From Octopus bimaculoides (Eukaryota): DNA of 40,780 bases. The notes below the pieces were generated by a model. That model was not told the DNA's origin and did no database searches. It saw only the letters and a program-made list of their open reading frames with translations. How positions within the stretch are numbered: position 1 is the first letter of the stretch; every line of letters starts with the position of its first letter. This document shows positions 36,723 to 40,780 of the stretch, piece by piece. A program made the translations under genes and the position numbers. Location of the stretch: NCBI RefSeq assembly GCF_001194135.2, contig NC_068992.1, positions 11,428,156 to 11,468,935 on the forward strand, written 5' to 3'.

Positions 36723-36750
36723 ATGCAGGTATGCATGCATGTGTGTGTGT
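36090..36750. repeat. Compound (TA)/(TCTA)/(GT) microsatellite block with a gap
   Basis: Directly visible. Similar blocks at 30732-30900 and 32491-33260. Confidence 0.9.
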
Positions 36751-36992
36751 GTGACTTTGTAAATATGTTTGCATTTCAGATTTCAAACATTTCCACACAA
36801 TTGACAATTTATGACAAGGGATATGAATGCAGGAAGAGCTGAATGCAACAAAGATCAAGAAATACCTTACAAACAGAAACAGTAAAACAAGCAAAAACAA
36901 AACAAAAAAAAAAAGAATGATAAAAGAACAAAAAAATAAATAAATAAACTGAAAAAATGTTCAAAGATATATTTTTATTGTAACTTTTGTTA

Positions 36993-37077
36993 AATTTACA
37001 TACCCTTCGTGACAACAATGTAAACTTTGAAGGAATATATAACAAGATACTAAAACAATTTCATGGTGAATTCAACA
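36993..37077. repeat. Copy 2 of the dispersed 84/85-bp direct repeat
   Basis: See 34312-34395. Confidence 0.9.
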
Positions 37078-38205
37078 GATATTTTCTGCCAATATTTCTC
37101 TTGAATGATTCAACGTTGTGCTATATAGCCAAGTCACTATGCAAGGTTTGATTAAAAGTCAGAGAAAATATTCATCTTGAAACTGAAAGGCTTCAACTTA
37201 CTATTCTGTTATCAACAACTCTGATATAATATTTTCCAATATTTCTGTGTCAGTTGATATCAAACATGGGTTGGAAATTCAACATTTTATGGTTTCTTCT
37301 TTTAGAATACGATCGACTATTCAGGTACAAAAACAAATGCGTACGGTGGTTAATTGGAAAATTTTGTGGCACCAGATTGTGGTCGAAATAGAATATTGAA
37401 ATTTCTCCTATCATTTCCACCATTCCAGACAATTGTAATTATCATAACCATAATGTGAGATGTACTGTGGTTTGACATTAATATGTGACGTTGAGTTGCT
37501 GATTTGTAATTAAGAATTTACATTCAGAAACTACAACCCCATGATATGAAACTGGAAAACATATAAGGTATCGGGTTATAACTTTCTTATTAATCACAAA
37601 ACTACCAAACTCAATCAAGTTATTATGCTTATAATAATTACCTTAAAATGAAAATAAAAACTCTGAGCAGGATTTTTAAAACCAGAACAAACACTACCAT
37701 ATGTTCATATAATATATATATATATATATATATATANNNNNNNNNNNNNNNNNNNNNNNNNNNNNNNNNNNNNNNNNNNNNNNNNNNNNNNNNNNNNNNN
37801 NNNNNNNNNNNNNNNNNNNNNNNNNNNNNNNNNNNNNNNNNNNNNNNNNNNNNNNNNNNNNNNNNNNNNNNNNNNNNNNNNNNNNNNNNNNNNNNNNNNN
37901 NNNNNNNNNNNNNNNNNNNNNNNNNNNNNNNNNNNNNNNNNNNNNNNNNNNNNNNNNNNNNNNNNNNNNNNNNNNNNNNNNNNNNNNNNNNNNNNNNNNN
38001 NNNNNNNNNNNNNNNNNNNNNNNNNNNNNNNNNNNNNNNNNNNNNNNNNNNNNNNNNNNNNNNNNNNNNNNNNNNNNNNNNNNNNNNNNNNNNNNNNNNN
38101 NNNNNNNNNNNNNNNNNNNNNNNNNNNNNNNNNNNNNNNNNNNNNNNNNNNNNNNNNNNNNNNNNNNNNNNNNNNNNNNNNNNNNNNNNNTGTATGTATA
38201 TATGT

Positions 38206-38294
38206 AGGATAAGAGAAACTATAGAAGAAACACTTCTAGGCAATCAATACAAATTCCTTCCTAGATGTTTTTCTTCTATAATTTCTCTTATTCT
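38206..38294. other. Inverted repeat/hairpin with 35-bp stem and 19-nt loop
   Basis: 38206-38240 pairs with 38260-38294: 31 Watson-Crick pairs, 1 G-U and 3 mismatches on the plus strand. Confidence 0.9.
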
Positions 38295-38433
38295 TCAAGT
38301 TAGCTCACAATGAACACTTCTTAATAGAGCCCATATATTGTGACGTATACTGAAAAACATACTTTATAATAAAATTTAACTGTATTTATACGTATGTATA
38401 TGTATGTGTGTGTTTGTGTATATATGTGAAAGC

Positions 38434-38705
38434 ACGTAGCTTAGTGTTTAGAGCATTTGGCTCACAATCATGTGTTCGATTCCCGGTTATGCATTGAGTC
38501 CTTGAGCAAGACACTTTATTTCACGTTGCTCCAGTCCACTCAGTTGGCAAAAATGAGTTGTACCTTTTATTCAAAGGGCCAACCTTGTCACACTCTGTGT
38601 CAAGCTGAATCTCCCTGAGAACTACGTTCAGGGTATAGAGTGCTCAGCTACCTGCATGTTAATTTCACGAGGAAGCTGTTCTGTTGATCGTGTCTCTGCC
38701 ATTGT
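38434..38705 (+). mobile_element. tRNA-derived SINE (family of 14290)
   Basis: A-box TAGCTTAGTG and B-box GTTCGATTCC, then GTCCTTGAGCAAGACACTTTATTTCACGTTGCTCCAGTCCACTCAG. Confidence 0.8.
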
Positions 38706-38713
38706 TCTTTTAC

Positions 38714-39228
38714 TTAAGAATAACCTTTACCTTTTTTAGCAGTCAATGATTCAACATTGGGTATTAAACCTCTGTGCACTACCTGACTGATTATATGAGT
38801 GGACAGGGCATATATTGCTTTGAATAACTTTTTACCTTTTTTAGCAGTCAATGATTCAACATTGGGTATTAAACCTCTGTGCGCTACCTGACTGATTATG
38901 TGGGTGGACAGGGCATATCTTGCTTTGAATATCTTCAGCATCTCAATAACTACATCTGAGGTCAAGGTACTTTACCAGATTTCATACCCATCACTGTATC
39001 TATACTCTATAGGGGCCATCTTCAGCAAAACTAATCTCTCTGGAGGAATTACTACAATAGTTCCTCGGTTTCTCTCTTTTACATTCTCCATATTTAGTAA
39101 CCTCTTGTAAAAATATTTCCATGTCTGTTTCTTCTTGGCATAAATGATGCAAGTCTGCTGCTCTCATTTCATACACTTCAAAAATGTCATGGCCACTAAG
39201 ACCATTCTTCAACCTTGAATACTCCATG

Positions 39229-39230
<2 letters not shown>
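38714..39230 (-). mobile_element. RTE-clade LINE fragment (linker and RT N-terminus)
   Basis: QTWKYFYKRLLNMEN, MKSGKVP*P..VVIEMLK and LSTHIISQVAHRGLIPN..KKGKG (cf. AWxxxYERLLNxEN, MKxGKAPGPxGxxxEMLK, GVIPxDW...KGKGD). Confidence 0.75.
38718..38930. repeat. Near-perfect 105-bp tandem duplication inside the RTE fragment
   Basis: TTAGCAGTCAATGATTCAACATTGGGTATTAAACCTCTGTGC at 38736 and 38841. Confidence 0.95.
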
Positions 39231-39277
<47 letters not shown>

Positions 39278-39879
39278 NNNNNNNNNNTCTCTTAACTTCA
39301 GTCTATGTGTGTGTGTGTGTGTGTGCTTGTAGGAAGTCTTCTGATAATAGACGAGAACTCAACATGCCTGTTATTTACTGCCTATCTTATAATATTTTCT
39401 GTACCTCATTAACTATGCCACAGTGTATGGATTTATTGAGTAACAATAGCAAGTTTTGAGTATTGATTTCCATGTTAGAACTGACAATTACTCGATAAAC
39501 GCCAAAACAAAGAGCAAAAAAAAACCCCAACAAAATAAATAAAAGAGACAAAATTAATGTGAACTGGTTGACAATGAAAACACTATATATATATATGTGC
39601 GCACACATGTATATATATATACATATACATGTATGTATATACGAATATACATACACATACACACACACACACATATATATATAGGAATAACAATAAAGAC
39701 TGGTACATATCTGTATAGATCCAGTCGCATCTGATGCCTTGCTTTTCTTGTTTTCTTGTTTGTATCCTGATCTGTCCTGCATCTATATTTACACTCAATA
39801 CATTACATATTTGTGTGTATTGAATATGCATAAAAGTTTGAGCTACTGAATACATGCAGGCATACATACGTACATATAT

Positions 39880-39955
39880 TATCATCATCACCATCATCAT
39901 CACCACCACCACCACCACTACCACTACCACCACCACCACCACTACCACCACTACC
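39880..39955. repeat. (CAT)(CAC/TAC)n tract
   Basis: Directly visible. Confidence 0.9.
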
Positions 39956-40120
39956 AGAGTATACAAGACACTGGTGACTTTAAACCTTCTGCATGGGTGT
40001 CAGAGCTAGTCTCTTACCGCTGACGTGGAATAAAGGATCTTTTACTTCTTCTGAAGCACAAATAATAAGAAGAAGACTAAGATTGCTAAAAATGTTCCTG
40101 TTTCTTGCTGAGTGGTGACT

Positions 40121-40410
40121 ACCATCGTCATCATGATCATCATCATTTAACGTCCGTTGTCCATGCTGGCATGGGTTGGACGGTTTGACTGGGCTGGCAC
40201 GCTGGAAGGCTGTGCCAGACTCCACTCTGATCTGGCATGGATTTCTATGGTTGGATGCCCTTCCTAACACCAACCACTCCAAAAGTGCAATGGGTTTTTT
40301 TACATGCCACTGGCATGGGTGCTAATTTGTGTGACACTGGTATCTGCCACAACTGTGATTTTGCCTGGCTTGATGGATCTTCTTCTCAAGCATGACATAT
40401 TGCCTTGATC
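40121..40410 (-). mobile_element. Retroposon with RTE-type tail (family related to 1-217 and 6331)
   Basis: (CAT)n-TTTAACGTCCGTTGTCCATGCTGGCATGGGTTGGACGG...GGATGCCCTTCCTAACACCAACCACT. Confidence 0.75.
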
Positions 40411-40411
40411 A

Positions 40412-40559
40412 TTTCCTCCATGAGACCCAACACTCGAAAGAAACTCAGCCACTTCGCCTTTGTAAGACCCAATACTTGAAAGGAACTCAGCTACTTTGCC
40501 TCTTTGAGGCTCAATACTCGAAAAGGAACTGAGCCACTTTGCCTCCACGAGGCCCAAAA
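40412..40559. repeat. 42-bp minisatellite, about 3.5 units
   Basis: Units of the form TTTCCTCCATGAGACCCAACACTCGAAAGAAACTCAGCCACT start at 40412, 40454, 40496 and 40539. Confidence 0.85.
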
Positions 40560-40780
40560 TTCATAAGATGTTCTTTATGTGCCACCAGTACAGGTGCACT
40601 TGGCTCTTGAAAGGTCCTCTCAAGCACAGCACATTACCAAAATATAAACTTCTACAGAATTAGTGGGGGGGGGGAACCCCTTCCTATTACTTTTAACCCC
40701 GGACACGTGAGTATTTCCCCTTACTTACAAGGCTGCATAAATAATAACTTTTAAAAGTATATTAAAATATAATAATCATG

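Noticed and set aside
37282-37370. Strong acceptor followed by YDRLFRYKNKCVRWLIGKFCGTRLWSK*
   Set aside because: Short, no homology recognised, and no upstream partner exon identifiable.

Overview
AT-rich eukaryotic genomic DNA, most likely an octopus draft assembly. This is inferred from the repeat families and the very high microsatellite load; it is not proven. Ten N-gaps total about 1.95 kb, and most abut simple repeats. I recognise no host protein-coding gene, so the window reads as a large intron or intergenic region. Most ORFs in the supplied track are microsatellite or N-gap artefacts. Supportable content: many tRNA-derived SINEs of 3-4 families, decayed LINE fragments (CR1/L2-like, RTE, R4/Dong-like), an internally deleted Tc1/mariner element with TA target duplication, and a MITE-like element. 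The most interesting signals are: (i) a minimal type I hammerhead ribozyme of the Penelope-like-element kind at 4238-4283 (-), just downstream of an R4/Dong-like 3' end; (ii) a 35-bp-stem pre-miRNA-like hairpin at 38206-38294; (iii) an unexplained 84/85-bp module duplicated 2.7 kb apart, with conserved ATG and splice-donor-like ends; (iv) a decayed 104-bp triplication; (v) a 353-nt open candidate exon. All family assignments come from motifs recognised by eye; no database search was run.
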